Shown: piece after piece, positions 60,978 to 64,000 of the stretch | Position numbering within the stretch: the stretch's first letter is position 1 | Layout: each line of letters begins with the position of its first letter | Assembly: GCF_902713615.1 (NCBI RefSeq) | Contig: NC_052165.1 | Span: 19,906,522 to 19,970,521, forward strand | Reading direction: 5' to 3' | From: Scyliorhinus canicula | Lineage: Eukaryota | Length of the DNA stretch: 64,000 nucleotides | Notes under the pieces: model-generated | Told to the model about the DNA's origin: nothing | What the model saw: the letters and a program-made list of their open reading frames with translations, nothing else | The model's database searches: none | Made by a program: the position numbers and the translations under genes

Positions 60978-61148
60978 CATAAGACATAGGAGCAGAATTA
61001 GGCTACTTGGCCCATCGAGTCTGTCCTGCCATTCAATCATGGCTGATACTTTTCTCATCCCCATTCTCCTGCCTTCTCCCCGTAACCCCTGATCGCCTTA
61101 TTAATCAATAACCTATCTATCTCTGCCTTAAAGACACACAGTGAATTG
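60978..61148 (-). mobile_element. CR1 3' end, duplicate of the 58166 copy including its flank
   Basis: Shares the LINE tail and ~38 bp of adjacent non-LINE sequence. Confidence 0.85.
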
Positions 61149-63536
61149 ACACAGAAATTGGAAAACAAAACAAGGAAAAAACATGTTAGCCTCAACTGGA
61201 CCATGTTGATGTTTATGCTGCATGTAAACAACGATTCTAATCTCTTCTCATATCGCTTTATTGCCATTTGCATCAGTCACCTATCTAACCTTTGTCTTAA
61301 AAATTGATATGTTTGCATCTTCACTTACTAACTGTAGTACGTTCCATAGCATTACAGCCCTCTGCAAAAATATGTCCCCTGCTTCCTGCCCTAAAGATTC
61401 ATATTTATTCTTACATCTATGTCCCCTTGTTCGAGATATTCTGAACCCAGACCAGACCTCAACAAGCTAGGATACTGACTGAAACTCCAATATTTCAGTT
61501 TAATTTTTAAAACTGTGTGGAAAGAATACTTTTGCTCCAGGACTGATTGTACGAAGAAATAGGAATTTGGTATTTTAGAACAAAACTTTATCATTAACAC
61601 AATATTAAACTCTTTAACATCACACTTGAAAATAGCTTACAATTACTACTCAATACAGTAAATGCTATTTCTATTACTATCACTTTTCCCAATTAAACTG
61701 CAAGAAAAAAAAAACATACAGCCCCCAGTCTATCCTACATCCCAATGACACAGAGTAATACTTGCTTCCCAGAACAAATTTGGCTCCTGTTAGAACCTGG
61801 CTGGATGGCAGACTCTGGCTGGATGGCTTCAAAAAGCAGTTTCAACTGGTTTGTTTCAGCTTCCCACTTGTCATCAGACAATTCTGCATTGCTTTAAATA
61901 CTATTCATCTTTTTTTAACTATCCTACTGTGAGAGCAAAATACTTTACTTATGATAAAGGGTTAGCCACATCAGAAATCAGTCAAAAATACTTTCTCAAA
62001 ATGTCTCAATGCCGTAGCTCCATTCAGCAATACACATTAACTCCCCTAGTCAAATAATAGTGCATGAATTCAGGCTTTTAAGGTGGTCAATTTCACCTGT
62101 GGCTGCTGAAAGCTTTCTGGTCTTGCAAAACAAGATTCTTTTAAAAACTACTGCAGTCAAACACACTCTAACCCAGGCTTGTAATACTTAACTTGCCAAA
62201 TGCTTCTAATCCAATATATCTAAAACTCTGCATTTGTTAGAGAGACCCTTCAATCAGTGGAAACAATCTGTTTCTCACTACTCTACCCAATCTTCCATAT
62301 TTTCATATATTTCAAAATATCCTGTAATCCACTCTGTTCTAACAAAAACAGCTACAATTTTCAAGCTTTCTCCATATTTCTATTCCTCTTACTGAGTGAG
62401 CAGCATCTTAATTAATTTGCTCCATACACTCCCTAATGCTTCATCATCCTTCTTACTGTATGGAGGTTAAACTGTATACCATATCCTAACCTAATCTTAC
62501 AAAGGTTTTATATGAATTTACCATAACATTGCAACTTCGTTATTCCACACTTCCATAAAGCCCAGTATTTATGGTTTTATCTTTTTGAGGTGATGCTTTA
62601 ATTACTTTGCGAATCTGAAATACTCCCAAAGCCTTCTGCTTTTCTACATCACTATTTTTCCCATTGAAGGTAACTATTACTTCCATGAATCAAATTGTAC
62701 CCATCTCATTTAATGAGTTGAATTTGTTCTCGCACCGTTTTGGCAAGTCCATCAACTGATTCATTTCTATTATTTGCAACATGGCCTATCATGGTATTGT
62801 CTGCAGATTAGGACGGTGTTCCCTCAAGCATTTTACTCAAATCATTGATGTACATAGTAACTAGAAGCAGTCCTAAAACAGAACTCTGTGTGGCACTGCT
62901 TCTAAATACTCTGAACAATTGCCCGACTCGTTGCTCCCTACTTCCAAGCCATTTTAAATTTAATTTTCCATTATTTGCTTAATTGCATATGCTTTAACCT
63001 CCCCTTGACGTCTTTTGTGTGGTTCCCGTACCGGCCTTCCCTAATAGGCGCAGGAATGTGGTGACTACGGGCTTTTCACAGTAACTTAATTGAAGCCTAC
63101 TTGTGACAATAAGCGATTATTATTATTATTATGATTTCTAAAAAGCATGTGTACCACATCCACATTTCCTTCATTGTATTTGAAGGACAGGACAGCTTAG
63201 TCCACATGGCCGATTCTCCCTGCACCCCTCATTTTCAGAAAGAAGGATTTCCATACCTGTGTGACAGGAGAAAGGTGTAGTCCTGTTATTGTCTAATTTT
63301 ACTCATGATAACACTAACTTCCTGTGGAAATAGTGAATAAAATGGTTCTGGTTAAGTCATTGGCCGGCATTTTCCTGCCTCTCGGCCGTGGCATGGCTTG
63401 TGAGCCACATTGGTGGGTCCAGAAGATCCTGTCGGCGTGGCCAGGGGGAAAATACCAACCATTGCCTATGTATAGTAACTGATGTATAGAAAGTATCACC
63501 ATATTCATATTGTACACTATACATACTGCAGACATA

Positions 63537-64000
63537 GGGGTGCGATTCTCCGCCCCCCACGACGGGTGGGAGAATAGCTGGAGGGCGTCCCCGACATTTT
63601 TCACGCCCTCCCGCTATTCTCCCTCCCCCCCCCAACACACACCACGGCCGCCCCACGACACGAATCGCTGCTCGTCATTTTTTTACGGCGAACAGCGATT
63701 CTCCCCAGGCCGATGGGCCGAGTTCCCAGGCCTTTACGGCCATTTTTACGGCAGCAAACACACCTGCTTGCTGCCATCGTAAAAACGGCCGCAACATGAC
63801 TGTTCTGGGCATCCTGGGCCCCGATTGGCACGGCCAGGGGGGCATGGGCCCGAGATCGGTGCCCGCCGATCGCGGGCAGTGCGTCCGTAACGGACGCACT
63901 CTTTCTCCCTCCGCCGCTCCGCAGGATCAGTCCGCGGGGCGGCCGAGGGAGATGACGGCCCCGCGCATGCACGGGTTGGAGCCATGCGCGGCTGACGTCA
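63537..64000. mobile_element. GC-rich Harbinger-type MITE, runs off the window
   Basis: GGGGTGCGATTCTCC terminus; internal similarity to the 59965 element. Confidence 0.7.

Noticed and set aside
61514-62232. Possible solo LTR (TG...CA, AT-rich)
   Set aside because: No matching TSD was found, so the boundaries cannot be supported.

Overview
This is vertebrate genomic DNA from an elasmobranch. The tRNA-headed HE1-type SINEs and CR1 LINEs point to a shark, most likely a catshark; the species call is inference. Three spliced host genes are visible. (1) CCDC59/TAP26 on the minus strand has four coding exons (54955-54502, 51606-51369, 45459-45381, 42501-42331; 313 aa), and its first exon carries a 7-copy in-frame 51-bp tandem repeat. 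(2) METTL25 on the plus strand lies head-to-head with CCDC59; exons 1-2 are at 55158-55362 and 57519-57671. (3) An unnamed gene with an N-terminal calponin-homology-like domain on the minus strand has four coding exons (11781-11652, 11074-10905, 1303-1193, 756-591) and runs off the left edge. The rest is densely nested transposons. These include a full-span, decayed GalEa-like Ty1/copia element (LTRs, TSD, tRNA-iMet PBS, PPT), Harbinger transposase and Myb-like gene remnants, a 1.44-kb solo LTR, a ~6-kb C-rich minisatellite holding a young CR1, an L1 with a 15-bp TSD, RTE/Tx1/Penelope relics and many SINEs and MITEs. The most unusual item is a Gypsy element with no tRNA primer site. Its PBS is instead a perfect 14-nt complement of its own LTR, which suggests self-priming, and its RT motif is YLDN rather than YxDD.
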